The notes beneath the pieces were generated by a model. The model was not told the DNA's origin and made no database searches. It worked only from the letters and a program-made list of their open reading frames with translations. Positions 1 to 13,542 of a stretch of DNA of 59,190 bases are shown here, in pieces. The stretch's first letter is position 1. Each line of letters starts with the position of its first letter. The stretch covers positions 372,001-431,190 of the forward strand of contig JAXLNO010000065.1 of NCBI GenBank assembly GCA_038087875.1, written 5' to 3'. Made by a program: the position numbers and the translations under genes. Source of the DNA: Malacoraja senta (taxonomy: Eukaryota).

Positions 1-50
1 GTGCGAGTGTGTGAGTGTGAGTGTGTGAGAGTGTGTGAGAGTGTGTGAGA
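1..50. repeat. (GTGTGA/GA)n microsatellite
   Basis: Direct gtgtgtgaga-type repeats at the window start. Confidence 0.9.
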
Positions 51-1656
51 ATTTGTAAGGCAGAATGCATGAGTCCTGTCAACATCCTCTCAAATCTAGT
101 TTTTCTAGTTTAATGCCGTTTTCCCTCTATAATCAAGGCCCTTGATGATACCGATCAGCGTGTGAAAACTTTTATTCATCACCGCCCATCTGTGACGTAC
201 TTTCACAAAATAACCTACATACTCCTAGATCCCTCTGCTCCACGACACTGTCCAGTTCCTTTGCATTCACTGTGAAGTTCCTGCCCTGGTTTGACTTGTC
301 AATATGCAACACCTCACACTTACCTGAATTGTGCTCCATTTGCCATTCCGCAGCTCACTTGCCCAGCTGATCAAGATCCCACTGTAAATCTTGATAACCT
401 TCTTCACAATCTACAATACCACTTATTTGGATATAATCTACAAACTTACTAACCATGCCTTATACATTCTCATCCAAAGTGTTGATGTTGATGACAGACA
501 ACAATAGACTCAGCACTGACCCCTGAGGCACACCAATAGTCACGGGCCGCCAGTCCGAGAAACAACCTCCCATCATCACCCTCTGCTTCCTACCATCAAG
601 TCAATAAGGTATCTATTTAGCTAGTTCCCCCTGAACTCCATACGACCTTACCTTCCTGACCGACCTATCATGCGGAACATTATCAAAGGTCTTGCTGACG
701 TCCACATAGACTATGTCTACCACCCTGCCATCAGCAACCTTCTTGGTTACTTCTTCAAAAGGTGCAATTAAATTCCTGAGACTTGATCGCCCATGTACAA
801 AACCAGGCTGACTATCCTTAATCACCACTGTCTTTCCAAAGGAATGTATTTCTTATCCCTCAGAATCCCTTCCAGTAACATAAACCACCACAGATGTCAG
901 GCTTTCTGCTCTATAGTTCCCATGTTTACAGAACCTCTTAAACAAAGGTACACATTAGCCATCCTTCAGTCTTCCAGTACCTCACCCCTGTCTAATGAGG
1001 ATGCATACATCTCACCCAGGGCTCCTGCAATTTTCTCCAGCATCGAAGAGTTTTCCTGGAAATATCTGATCAGTCATGGAGGTTCATCTAATTTTATACA
1101 TTTTAAGAGATTTGGCCTCTCCCCTACTGTAATGAGATCTGCCGCCAAGATATTTCTATTAACTCTCCCAAGTTGCCCAGTCTTCATGCCTTTCTCTATG
1201 GTAATAATAGAAGAGAGATATTCATTGAGGACCACACCGATCTCTTCAAGCTCTGAACGAAGATGTCCATATTAGTCCGTGAGGCACCGTACTCTTTCTT
1301 ATTACTCTTTTTCCATTAATATAATTGTAAAACCGTTTTGGATTCTTCTTGATTTTCCCTGCCAAAGCTGCCTTGTGCCATTTTGTGCCCTCCCTTCTGC
1401 CTTGTTAAGTATACTTCTACATCTCCTTTGCTCCTCCAAGGATTCATTAGATCCCATCTGCTTGTACCTGACCCATGCTTCAATCTTTCTGACCAGAGCC
1501 TCAACATACATCATTCAGAGTTCCCCACTCCCACCAGCCTTGTACTTCACTCTGACAGGAACATGGAGACCTTGAACTCTTGCTACCTCACTTTTAAAAG
1601 TCTCCCACTTTACAAATCGAGTTCCTTTGCCTGCAGGCAACCTACTGCAATCAATG

Positions 1657-1963
1657 TTAGTTTAGTTTAGGGGTACAGCATGGAAACAGCCTCCCGAGTC
1701 CATGCCGACCATCAATCACTCATTCACAAGAGTTGAATGTTATTTCACTTTCACATCCACTCGCTACACACTTGGGACAATTTTATGGAGGCCAATTAAC
1801 CTATGAGCATACAATTCTTTTGGGATGCGGGAGACAACCGGAGCACCCAGAGGAATCAAATGCGGTCACAGGGAGAGCATGCAAACTCCACACAACAACA
1901 CCCGAGGTCAGGATTGAACCCGGGTCACTGGCGCTGTGAGGCAGCAGCTCTACCAGCTGCACC
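1657..1963 (-). mobile_element. HE1-like tRNA-derived V-SINE nested in CR1
   Basis: Minus-strand head tggtgcagctggtagagc...gggttcaatcc (Pol III A/B boxes), conserved body, (taaac)n tail. Confidence 0.85.
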
Positions 1964-2369
1964 AATGTACAGGTTCCTATCCAATACCATCAACATTTGA
2001 CTGGACATAATTTAGAACTTTAACTTGTGAACCAGTTCTCTCCTTTACCATTAACTATTTAAAAACAAATAGAACTATGATCACTGGTTCCAAAGTGCTC
2101 TCCCACTGACAACTCAGTCACTTGCCCTGCCTAGTTTCTCAACAATAGGCCACACTTTCCCCTCTTCCTCGTAGGCCCTTCGATATACTGTATCGCCTGA
2201 GAAAGCTTTCCTGAATACATTCAATAAATTCCACCCCATCGAAGCCCTGAGCACTATGGCAGTCCCAGGCTATAGTGGGTAAGTTAAAATCTCTGACTCT
2301 GATGAACCAATTATTCTTGCGACTCTGCAATCTCCCTGCATATTTGTTCCTCTAATTCCTGTTGACTAT

Positions 2370-2955
2370 TTGTTTAGTTCACTTTAGTTTATTGTCACGA
2401 GTCCCGAGGTACAGTGAAAAGCATTTGTTGCATGCTATCCAGTCCGTGGAAAGACTATACATGATTACAATTGAGCCGTCCACAGGGCACAGATACAGGA
2501 TAATTGGAATAACATATAGTGCGAGATAAAGTCCGGTAAAATCCAATTAAAGATAATCCGATGGTAGCTCAGGACTGTACTTGAGTTGTTGGTGGGATGG
2601 TTCAGTTGCCTGATGACAGCTGGGAAGAAATTGTTCCTGAATCTGAAGGTGTGCGTTTTCACACTTCTATCCAACTTGAGAGGGAGAAGAGGGAGTGACC
2701 CGGTAGAGACTAGTCCTTGATTATGTTGGTGACCTTGCTGAGGCAACGTGAAGTGTAGATGGAGACTATAGAAGGAAGGTTGGTTTGTGTGATGGCCTGG
2801 GCTGTGTCCACAATTCTCTGCAATTTCTTGTGGTCTTGGATGGAGCTGTTCCCAAACCATGCTGTGATGCACCCCAATAAAATGCTTTTTATGGCGCAAC
2901 TGTCGAAGTTGGTGAGAGTTGTTGGGGACATGCCAAACTTCCTAAGCCTTCTAAG
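2370..2955 (-). mobile_element. Rex1/Babar LINE 3' fragment
   Basis: ORF 2710-2931(-) SILLGCITAWFGN...KLQRIV..AQ.IT is the Rex1/Babar ORF2 C-terminus. The shared 3' UTR ends gtgacaataaactaaa. Confidence 0.85.
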
Positions 2956-3744
2956 GGCCTATAGTGTGATCCCAATAACATGATCACCCCCTTCTTATTT
3001 CTCAGTTCCACCATATATCCTTACTAGATGATCATTCTGTAATTTAATCCCAGACCACCGCCATGATGTTATGCTTAATCAGAAATGTAACTCTCTCACC
3101 TCTCATTCATCCACCTCTATCCTGCCTGTTGCACCATTTCTTAATTCAACATTTAACTACATTGAATAGTTACAGAAAACGGTGTCATTACTGGAAGATA
3201 GTTGTGATCAAGGAAGTAGGGTTAGTGCAAGAATGTGGACTGCGGTAAAAGATAGGACATCATCTCATTATATGACATTGCAATGTGATTCCCCTCTTCA
3301 AAATGTCACCGATATCTTCATCACAAGTCTGCTGCGGCACCTCTATCGGGCTTTAATTATGGCTTGTGTACGTGATCTCGCTCCCCTCCTCTGTTTCACC
3401 TTCTCTGGGTGACAGGAGGGCTCCCTGTTTTGCCCAAACGGAACAGAGCAGGAGGTGAGGGAGGAGGTGAAAGAGGCGAGAGTGAAGTGAGAGGAAGAGG
3501 TGGAGGAGGAAGGAGGGGCGGGGATTGCTGAGATACAGCGTGGAAACAGGCCCTTCGACCCCCCGAGTCCGCACTGACCAACGGTCACCAGTAGTTTTAT
3601 CGTACACACTAGGTACTTGACAGCAGGCTCTCCCCACCCTCCATCCCCGTCGGTTCCCCCTTCATTCTCTGTGACCCCCACCTCTCCGGTTCCCCCTTCA
3701 TTCTGTTTGTTCTCAGCGGCCACTTTGTTGTTCTCGGCGGACAC

Positions 3745-4000
3745 CATGGATAGACACAAAAAGCTGAAGTAACTCAGCGGGACAGGCACATTCTCTGGAG
3801 AGAAGGAATTGGTGACCTTTCGTTCGAGACCCTTCTTCAGACTGGATAGGAATAAGGGAAATGAGAGATATAGATGATGATGTGGAGAGATAAAGACCAA
3901 TGAATAAAAGATATGCAAAAAAGTAACGATGATAAAGGAAACAGGCCATTGTTAGCTGTTTGTAGGGTGAAAGCGAGAAGCTAGTGTGATTTGGGTGGGC
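3745..4000 (-). mobile_element. Penelope-like element terminal-repeat remnant with degenerate hammerhead motif
   Basis: Family signature agacacaaaaagctg...taactcagcgggacaggca and gagacccttcttcagact. Confidence 0.7.
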
Positions 4001-4049
4001 TTCAACAGCTGGTCAGGTCTTTGTGTCAGGTGGTAACTGTGACCAGTTT

Positions 4050-4320
4050 TACTTTAAACTTTAGGCTTTGGAGATAAAGCTTGGAATCAGGCCCTTCAGC
4101 CCACCGAGTTCGCGCCAACCAGCAATCCCTGTACACTAACACTATCCTAAACACCAGGGACAATTTATAAATTTTCCAAAGCTAATTAATCTACAAACCT
4201 GTACGTCTTTGGAGTGTGGGAGGAAACCGGAGCACCCAGAAAAAAATAACGCAGTGACAAGGAGAACGTACAAACTCCGCACAGAAAGCACCCATAGCCA
4301 GGATGGAACCCGGGTCTCAT
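4050..4320 (-). mobile_element. HE1-like SINE
   Basis: Same body (acaaacctgtacgtctttggagtgtgggaggaaaccggagcaccc) as other copies. Confidence 0.8.
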
Positions 4321-4374
4321 GGGTAGCAGTAGATTTGGCTAATGAATCATGCAGTGGGACAGCACAAAAGAGGC

Positions 4375-4740
4375 CGAAGGTAGATACAAATTGCTGGAGC
4401 AACTCAGCGGATCAGGCAGCATAACAAGAGAAAAGGAATAGGTGGCATTTTGGGTTGAAACCCTTCTTCAGACTGAGAGTCAGGGGAGAGGGAAACTAGA
4501 GGTATGAAATGGTTCAGAATAAATCAGAGTCTATGACCAAGGAAAGATGGAGCCCACAATGGCCCATTGTTGGCTGTGGAGGAGGTGATAACAAAGGGAT
4601 ATATTGCGGCCTCAGTGGGGAAACAAGGAACTGCAGATGCTGGTTTGCACAAAAGGGCACAAAGTGCTGGTGTAACTCAGCGGGTCAGGCAGCAGCTCTG
4701 GAGAACATGGATAGGTGATGCTTCGAATCAGAACTCTTAA
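4375..4740 (-). mobile_element. Two adjacent PLE terminal-repeat remnants
   Basis: Repeated actcagcgg.tcaggcagca signature; cccttcttcagact at ~4461-4474. Confidence 0.65.
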
Positions 4741-4744
4741 AATC

Positions 4745-5058
4745 TTTGGACTTTAGACTTCAGAGATACGGCACAGAAACAGGCCCTTCGGCCCACCGAG
4801 TCCGCACCAACCAGCACTCATCCCATGCACTAGCACTATCCTACACACTAGGGATAATTTACAATTTTACTGAAGCCAATTTACCTACAAACCTGCATGT
4901 CTTTGGAATGTGGGAGGAATCCCGAGCACCCAGAGAAAAACCACGCAGTCACAGGGTGAACGTGCAAACGTCGTACAGACAGCACCTGCAGTCAAAATTG
5001 AACATGGGTCGCTGGTGCTGTCAGGCAGCAACTCTACCACTGCACCACTCTGCCGCCC
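4745..5058 (-). mobile_element. HE1-like SINE, near full length
   Basis: tRNA-like head, V-domain body, (agactt)n tail. Confidence 0.85.
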
Positions 5059-6611
5059 AATCATCTTCTTCTGATGTAGGTTCCCGACGTGAAACGTCAC
5101 CTAACTGGATAGTCTCTGTGGGATTGGGCGACAAGAGTCCCACCAAGAGATTGCTCTCCAGTGTGGCCCACCCATTTCAGGAGGGAATGAGATGGAGGTA
5201 GGGAAGATCGGATGGACAAAGGAATGCAGGTGAGTGCAGACTGGGTGTGGATGGGTAGGGCGTCTGGGTGCTTCATGTTGCAGCTTACCCCTTCCCTCCC
5301 CTATGGATTCCTTGCTTCCCAGTCTGCCTGGAGCTGGGCCAGACAACACCGCTTCCAAAACCTGTCATTACCGAACCTCTGTGCATTCCACACAACCTTC
5401 CAAAGAATCCCCAGGCTGCATTTTCCTTTTTTTTAATTGGCTCAGGCGTTAGTTAACCCTTCACCAGCCAGCTTGATCCCAGAAGCTTTGATTTCAGGTT
5501 GATAGACTGAAAGACAGTTTATAGTCGGCCAAGGTGCTGGAAGGAAAGTTTGCTCCCAGGACTTTACTTCCCTTGACCTGTTGCTGTCTGGGTTTCTGAA
5601 ACTTTCCTCTAGAAGTCGATCATGCCACAAACAAATCCCTCCTGGATACTTGCCTTTGGCTGCACAAGGATAATTGGGAAACTAGACTGTATTTCTGACT
5701 TGTATTAAACTTCTGGAACAGGCCCTGTCGTTGCCTGTAGGATCTCAGCTCACAGTCATGCAGGGTTTGCATGAGAATTTTCATGTTCTTGACAAAATGA
5801 ATGGACATAAGACAGAGAGTGAGAGTCCTTGGTTTTTGCAAAGACTTTCTCCCTTGCTTACCAAGTCGGTTTTTACTTTTTATAGCATGGAAACAGGCCC
5901 TTCCATCCACTCTGTCCGGTCCTTGATTTGAATCCCATAGATTAGAACAGAAAGTACCACACTAAAGATGCCACTGTCGATGTACATTTAACAGAGCTCC
6001 CCCAACCTGTTTCTCACCAACAGGTATGCCTTCGTTGTATACTAATCAACCATGTCACTTTTGGGAGACTTAGTGTCTTAGAGTCAAGCCCTTGGTCTGT
6101 GCCGACCTTTAGATTTAAATGCTGCCTCACCCACTGAGTTTCTCCAGCATTTTTGTCTACTTTAAATTTACACCAATGCTTTATCAATCCTGTTCTACTC
6201 GCCCTACGTTCCCATCAACTGGAGAGATGAGTCTTCCTGGACTGGGAAGCCACAACTAATGAGCCACAACTAATCCACCACACACATCTGAAGAAGGGTT
6301 CCGATTCAAAATATCACCTATGCATGCTCTCCAGAGATACTGCCTGACCAGTTGACCTACTCGAGCACTTTGTGCCTTTTTTGTGTAAACCAGCATTTGC
6401 AGTTCCTTGTATCCACACAACAGCCTGCTCTATATCCCAAAGGTACATAACAACTGTTGGGATGAAAGGTTTAAGGGGTCTGGTGTTAGCATGTTGTGTG
6501 AGACCTCTGTCTCTACCTAGTGCATTATGTCACAAATATTCTTTTAGCAGGATCATACCATGGGCACAACTTGAGAGGTTTAAATTATCCAACTGTTGTG
6601 CATTTGAGTAG

Positions 6612-6915
6612 GAGCTCAGAGTTGCTGCCTTACAGCGCCAGAGACCCGGGTTCAATCCTGACTACGGGTGCTGTTTGTACAGAGTTTGTACATTTTCCCT
6701 GTGACCACATGGGTTTTCTCCGGGTGCTCCAGATTCCTCCCACATCCCAAAGACATGCAAATTTGTAGGTTAATTAGCTTTGGTAAAACTTGTAAATTGT
6801 ATCTAGGATGGTGTGTAGTAAGGTGTCTGTGTATGGGGTGATCGTTGGGTGGCACGGACTTGGTGGGCCAAAGAGCCTATTTCCATGCTGTATCTCTGCA
6901 TCTCTCGTCTAAAAT
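6612..6915 (+). mobile_element. HE1-like SINE
   Basis: agagttgctgccttacagcgccagagacccgggttcaatcc head; CR1-like tail. Confidence 0.85.
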
Positions 6916-7356
6916 CTAGTCAATCAACGGATCCCATCTCCACATCTTTGACAGCCATGGGTGCCTTCGAATCAGTCATGTCCAGGATATCCACCTTTAC
7001 ACCACGCAGTTGCAAAGTGACTGGAGGACTCCTTAGGTTCTCTGCCTTTCCCTGATGTCTGTGCTCTCTGCCAGGTGGGTAGTGGGTAGTGACTGAGTAT
7101 GAGAGAAATGGTAGTAGATGGTATACTGAATGCAAAAAGGAGCTATTCATAGACAGAGTGGAATGGATCTAATGCCTAGCCAGGTGGCACACCAAGTGAT
7201 ACCCTGGAATAGAATTGAAAGTGCAGCTCAGGGTTTGATATACCAAACACATGAAGATGTGGGAGACTAAGGTGAAGCATTTATCTCATCGTCTCAATCC
7301 AAACCCAATACAAATTAAATGCTAATTACATTGCTGCATTGATGCAACTAATTGAA

Positions 7357-8050
7357 GCAAGTCAAGTCAAGTCAAGAGTGTTTTATTGTCATATGTCCCG
7401 GACGGGACAATTAAATTCTTACTTGCTACAGCACAACAGAATATGTGAATATGTAAACATTGTATATAACGGGAAAAAAAAGAAAAAGTTCGATAAATAA
7501 CAAATATAGTGCAAATAACATATAATAATATAGTCTTTTGCAGTTCAGAGCTCATAGCTTATTCGTTGCGTTTAATAGCCTGATGGCTGTGGAGAAAAAG
7601 CTGTTCCTGAACCTGGACGTTGCAGTCTTCAGGCTCCTGTACCTTCTTCCTGATGGCAGTGGTGAGATAAGTGTGTGGCCAGGATGGTGCGGGTCCTTGA
7701 TGATTTTGGCTGCCTTTTTAAGGCAGCAACTACGATAGATCACTTCGACGGTAGGGAGGTCAAAGCCGGTGATGGACTGGGCAGTGGTCACAACTTTTTG
7801 TAGTCTTTTTCGCTCCTGGACGTTCAAATTACCAAACCAGGCCACGATGCAACCAGTCAGAATGCTCTCTACTGTGCACTTGTAGAAGTTTAGGAGAATC
7901 CTCTTCGACATGCCGAATCTCCGTAATCTTCTCAGGAAGTAGAGTCGCTGATGTGCCTTCTTTACAATTGCATCGGTGTGCTGGGACCAGGAAAGATCTT
8001 CTGATATATGCACGCCCAAGAATTTGAAGTTATTGACCCTCTCCACCAAC
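7357..8050 (-). mobile_element. Young 5'-truncated Rex1/Babar LINE with an open ORF2 C-terminus (7552-8052) and (cttga)n tail
   Basis: Uninterrupted 166 aa: VERVNNFKFLGVHI...AHQRLYFLRRL...ESILTGCIVAWFGN...SRFRNSFF. caagtcaagtcaag tail at 7358-7376. Confidence 0.9.
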
Positions 8051-8779
8051 AAATGGGTTGCAGGAACTCTGGATCTTTTCCATGCTGGTTATTCCCAGCC
8101 CTTCTTCTCCTCACAACTTCCCAATCCACTTTCCCATCTCCAGAGATCAAAATTCAAAATCTCTCCATGCAAGTCATTCCACAGCATCCCTGCTTTCCTC
8201 TTTCCTCTGTTCAGTACAGTATGGGCAGTTCCTATTGAGTCGCTGTTCCTATTGAGACACTGGTTCTTAAGTGTAAATATTTGTCCCTGGTTGATTGCAC
8301 CAAATGTCCATCCATTGGAGCAGCTGTCAACCCTTTAAGTGCATTTCAAAATCTGTGCAGGTGTATTTCAAAACAAACCCAAATTGGTCAAATGTTGCCT
8401 TTATCAGTCCAGAATACAGGTGGAGTTCTCTTCTCAGCTCCTGAAAATCCAATAGTGACTGAGAGTGAGGTCTGTGTGTGAGATGGTCACACCTTGGGTT
8501 TGGCATGATTGATGCAATTTCTCCTTCTCTCTCTCTCTTTTTCTTTTGCTTTCTTCTTTCTCCCCATCTCCCTATCTTTCGCTCACTTTTGTCCCTCTCT
8601 ATTGTTCTCTCTTTCTCTCACTCCCCTCACCACACAGAAGGTGACCATTTGGCGAATCGTGCCTATGCTGGTTTTTGGAGGAATCCCGTCAGTCCTATTC
8701 TCCCACATATCCTGATAATCTATTCTCTTGCATATGCCCAACAAGTGGCTGAGCTCCTAACTTCAATTGGAGTCATGCA

Positions 8780-9100
8780 ATATGGCAAGAGGCTCTTCAA
8801 CCCATCGAGTCTGTGCTGACTGTCAAGCATCTGCTTTAATCCACCATGAATCGCATTTAATTCTCATCCCATTTCAGTTCCACCCATATTCTAATGTACA
8901 TGTACCCACTGGGACAATTTACACTGGCCAATTACCTTACCAAACCGCGCATCTTTGGGATGTGGGAGGAAACCGGAGCATCCAGAGGAAACCCATGCGG
9001 TCACAGAGAGAACATGCAAACTCCACACAGACAGCACTCACGGTCAGGATTGAAGCCAAGTTGCTGGAGCTGTGACGAGTGGCTCCACCAGCTACGCCAC
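8780..9100 (-). mobile_element. HE1-like SINE (diverged)
   Basis: Conserved SINE body and head. Confidence 0.75.
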
Positions 9101-9103
9101 CAT

Positions 9104-9410
9104 TATCAGAATCAGAATCACACTTATATCGCCAAGTATGTTTTGCAACATACGATGAATTTCATTGGCCAGGTCAGTCATACAATTAAAAGCAACAGAT
9201 CACTCAAAAACACATTTTAACATGAACATCCACCACAGTGACTCCTACACATTCCTCACTGTGATGGAAGGCGAAATAAAGTTCGTCCCTTCCCTTAGTT
9301 CTTCCTCGGTCATGGGCCTCGAGCCCCCATTGACGGTACGATCATGACTCCCGTAGGCGGCGGCATTTCGGGCCCTCCGCGTCGAGGCGATCAAGCTCCC
9401 GCATCGGGGA
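9104..9410 (-). mobile_element. Unclassified CpG-rich non-LTR retroposon fragment with (tctgat)n tail
   Basis: atcagaatcagaatca tail at 9104; CpG-rich distal part; family not recognised. Confidence 0.5.
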
Positions 9411-9889
9411 CATGAGGCCAACTTGGCACCACAGTGCTCCACTGCTTCCTGTACCTCACCGCTTACTGCAAACCTGTAAGGAGCCTTTGCAGAAAAAAGT
9501 GAATTTCTTTGAGGTCGATATCTCCTTGTCAGCACCGACTCAGCTCTTTGAAGTATGAGAGGCATGTACAATGTATTTGTAAGTAGCTTGTCATAATTAG
9601 CTGTGATTACAGAGGTAAAAGATCTAAATACAAAATAAGTGAGCCTCAAGCATAAATAGAGATTAGAGGGATTGCTTTTCCCAATGCAGTTGTGTGTCTG
9701 TGGAATATAACCCTGTGTTGACGTATTCTTCAAGAATGTCCAAGATAACTGACTGGTGATGGATGGATATGAATGTGGTGTGGACCGCTGCAGATAGTCA
9801 GCGATACTGTGGAAGACAAAGGTTGCTGCACCATTGACACTCAGAAGGAGTCAGATGTAGGATAGAAAAGGTTGGACTGAGGTGTGGCA

Positions 9890-10065
9890 AGGTCAGCGGG
9901 AGCATTTTAAGCCCCCTTCCCCATGGCATATTGACTTCTCTGCCCTGGGCCTCCTCCACTGTCAGAGTGAGGCCACACGCAAATTGGAGTAACACCACCT
10001 CATATTTTGTTTGGGCAACTTATAACCCAGTGGTATGAATATTGAATTCTCTAATTTCAAGTAAT
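9890..10065 (+). mobile_element. Penelope-like element, GIY-YIG endonuclease C-terminal fragment
   Basis: Translates to ..DFSALGLLHCQSEATRKLE*HHLIFCLGNL*PSGMNIEFSNFK*, typical of the PLE protein end (..L.P.G.N). Confidence 0.75.
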
Positions 10066-11459
10066 GCTGTCCCTCCACCACCCCAGCCTTGCTAAGTTTC
10101 ACTGTTCGTATCCGCAGGCAACAACGTACAGACAAGCACCCGTAGTCAAGATCAAACCCAGGTCCCTGGCGTTGTAAGGCAGCAACTCTACCGCTGCACC
10201 ACTGTGCCGCCCCATTGAGGCCAGTTTTGCTGAGGCCAGATTTGTCCTTATAATTCCAATACTTTAATGTTAATTCCCTGAAAGCTCAACTTGTCTCCAG
10301 ATCACTGATCAAGGACGCTGCATCCTAGTCTATTAGTTTGCCTATCATGTTAATACTTCAAGCTCTCATTATCTGTGTTAAGATATTGCACACCAGGGCT
10401 GCCAACAAGCAGAATACTTCTAGGGTAACAGTAACATAGAGAGGAGGTTCTGGCAGGTGGCCCAGCAACACTGTGAACACTTAGACAGAGGCCAGGCATG
10501 GGACATTGCAGGCATTTGCAATGGTGGAGAAACAAGGTACTGCAGTTGCTGGTTTCCAAAATAAAGACACAAAGTGCTGGAGTGACTCAGCCAGTCAGGC
10601 AGGATCGCTGGAGAACATAGATAATGACATTTTGGGTAAGGATCAATCTTCAGACTGATTGTGGTGAGGGGAGGGGGCAGGAAGAAAGCTGGAAGAGAGG
10701 AGGGGAAGGACAAGACTTGCAAGTGATAGGTGGATATAGGTGACGGGAGGTTTTGATAGACAGATAGATGGTGGACAAAGGCCAGCGATGAAATGACAGA
10801 AAGTGTGAGACAAAAAGAGTTGCCATGGTCTTTTTTGGTTCTGAAATGAGTGACTACCTAGAGAAGGGTGAAATGACAGGCCAAATCTTCAGTGGTATTA
10901 ACCAGCACATCATTTAGGCAACAATGCCCTTCTTTCTACAACACATCCATTAGTTTGGTAAAGGGTAACAGAACTGAAATAATGACTCTATCTTTCTCCA
11001 CAGATGCTGCCTACCCTGCTGGGTGTTTCCAGTATTTCACACATCCATTGTAGGTTGGTCAAGACTTTCAATTGCATTAATGCAGGCATCAGACCGTATT
11101 TCCCTTCTAAACAGATGACCAAGCTGGTAAAATGTACCAGTCAGTGCCAGGAGTAAAGAAAAAATGGCCGGATATGATTGCTTGTTGATCCTGAACACAC
11201 TTGAGATGTTCTGTTAAGCAGATTTGCAAAGCCATGATGCTACAGGACTGTATGCTTCATGGATAAGCCATTTAATTAAAGGTTTTGGAAGCATTCTTTG
11301 TGGTGCCAGAAATATGGTGACTGTTGTGTATTGCCTCAGTGTAATCTACTACTCTTACCCTCATGAACATATGGGTGAACATTGGGTGAACATTGGGTGA
11401 ACAAATCATAACATTTTTTTCCAGAAGTTTTTGCAAAAAGAGAATCTCACTCGACCTTA

Positions 11460-11690
11460 TGCCTGAGTAACTCAGAGGGCCAGGCAGCATCCCTGGAGAA
11501 CATGGATATGCGTAGTTTCGGGTCGGGACTCTTCTTCAGACTTTGAAAACTTCTTCAAACTTCTTCAGAGACTGAAGAAGGGTCTCATTCAAAAATGTCA
11601 CATATCCATTTTTCTCTGAGTATGCTGCCTGACCCGCTGAGTTACTCCAGCTTTTTGTGTCTTTCCATAGTAAACCAGCATCTACGTTTC
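11460..11690. mobile_element. Fold-back (inverted pair) PLE terminal-repeat remnant
   Basis: Minus copy ~11463-11542 is followed by a plus copy ~11570-11685. Confidence 0.7.
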
Positions 11691-11894
11691 TACAATTTCA
11701 CTGTATCTAGGTACGTGTAACAATAAAATAGCATTGAACCATTGTTTCATCTAATGTTTATTTCTCCACGCTGTCCGCTGTGGTGGATGTGCCCATCTCT
11801 CCTGGGAGCCGAGCTATGCACATCTCCTCACTTCAGCCTTAATCTGCGCAATATTCATGGAAGTTTGGGAAACACGGTGTAAACACAGAGCAGT

Positions 11895-12126
11895 CCTGAA
11901 CATCTATCCACCTCATTGGAGACCCTTGGACTGTCTTTGATCGGACTTTACTGGCTTTATCTTGCACTAAACACAATTCCCTTATCATGTATCTGTACAC
12001 TGTGAATGATTACACTGTCAATTGCAATCATGTATTGCTTTTCCGCTGACTGGTTAGCACGCAACAAAAGCTTTTCACTGTACTTCGGTACATGTGACAA
12101 AAAACTAAACTAACCTAAACTAAACT
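11895..12126 (+). mobile_element. Rex1/Babar 3' UTR fragment
   Basis: aaaagcttttcactgtac..gtacatgtgacaa..aaactaaac tail shared with other copies. Confidence 0.75.
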
Positions 12127-12443
12127 ATATATATGAAAAATATCCCAGCTCCTACATTGGAAGCAGTGAAGCAGTTAATTTAGATTAGTCGGGTTTACCT
12201 CATTGGTACAAAACCACAAATAGAAATTTAAATAAAGTAAATTCCAGGTTAGTTCTTAAGAGCTAGAGACACTGTAATTTCACTTCATTAAGCAGCAACT
12301 CTTAATCGTGCCAACATCTGAAAGAAAGCATCAGTGTAATTACCTGTACTCAAAGCGCATACATTTAACAAAAGGAAAGATCGGGATTAAAGGCTTTCCC
12401 ATTTTAAAACATAAATTGCTCTGATTAAGCAACAAATAAAATG

Positions 12444-12715
12444 GTGTAGAAAGGAGCTGCAGATGCTGGTTTAAACCGAAGATAGACACAAAAAAGCTGG
12501 AGTAACTCAGTGGGACAGGCAGCATCTCTGGAGCGACGGAATGGTGACGTTTCAGGTCGAATTCCTTCTTCAGACTGGTTAGGGATAAGGGAAAAGAGAT
12601 ATAGACGATGATGTGGAGAGATAAAGAACAGTGAATAAAAGATATGCAGAAAATTAACGATGATAAAGGAAATAGGCGATTGTTAGCTGTTTGTAGGATG
12701 AAAACGAGAAGCTAG
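12444..12715 (-). mobile_element. PLE terminal-repeat remnant
   Basis: Highly similar to 3745-4000 and 27000-27215. Confidence 0.75.
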
Positions 12716-13367
12716 AAGAAGGGAGGGGGGTCAGGAATGCGCACTCTGAGCCTTTGGCTTTGCTCATTCATCAAATCTTTGACATCAGTTCCTAAACTGA
12801 AATCTCATATCCCTTGAATCATCTAATATGTAGCGATCTATTGATTGTTGAAATGGTTGGCAACCGGGAGATCCCATAAGCCCAGGAGTTGGTAACCAGG
12901 AGATCCCATAGGCCTAAGCTTACGCTGCAGTATGTCGTAGAGAATTCCAGAGGTTTACTACCATCTTGAGTGAAATATGCTCACCTTATCTCAGTCCTAA
13001 ATGGCCAAGGCATTATTCTGAGTCTGTGACTCGGTTATTAGATTCCTCAGCCAAATCCTCTCCCACATCCTCCCCACACCCACCCTACCCTGCCTGCTAA
13101 GGATTCTGCATGCCTCAATAAGATCTCCTGATACACCCGATATAACCGTGGATCCGTACTCCACAGAGTGGGCTGACTGTGTGGCTGGAGCCAAGGTAGG
13201 GTTCAGGGTCGGGGCTTGTGAATACCACAGGTCGATGAATGTAGGTATGTGAGCTACCAGAGGCAGGATCTGGTGTCAATCCATGCTTTGCCTCACTGCT
13301 GACACGATGAAACTTGCATAAACGATTATGTCAATGGAGTTGACCGCTCTGTGTTCATTTCAGTGCG

Positions 13368-13542
13368 ATTGCTTGATTAATTGATTGATTGGTTGTTATT
13401 TATTAATTTCTTTATTTTGATTAGTTGATTGATTGATTGATTGATCTATTCATCTATTCATCGGTTGATTAATTAGTTAATTGGTTTATTTATTTATTGA
13501 TTAATTGGTCAATTGATTGATCGACTGAGCGATTGATTGATA
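13368..13542. repeat. Degenerate (ATTG)n microsatellite
   Basis: Runs of gattgattgatt. Confidence 0.85.

Larger units (their letters stand above)
60..3130 (-). mobile_element. Degraded CR1-clade LINE (ORF2 endonuclease to RT), interrupted by a SINE and a Rex1/Babar fragment
   Basis: ORF 613-828(-) SQPGF..GRSSLRNL..FEEVTK.V.DG..VDIVYVDVSKTFDNVPH matches the CR1 RT motif. ORF 2139-2330(-) DFNLPTIAW...FIECIQESFL matches the end of the APE endonuclease. Many stops and frameshifts. Confidence 0.85.

Noticed and set aside
793..1275. 160-aa plus-strand ORF
   Set aside because: Antisense to the degraded CR1 ORF2.
3343..3918. 191-aa minus-strand ORF
   Set aside because: Chimeric over PLE, SINE tail and low-complexity purine-rich sequence.
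6920..7050. Possible terminal coding exon (..VKVDILDMTDSKAPMAVKDVEMGSVD*)
   Set aside because: No convincing splice acceptor on that strand and no recognised homology.
12857..12915. 32-bp tandem duplication (and 12-bp x3 at ~11370-11403)
   Set aside because: Ordinary local slippage duplications with no further structure.
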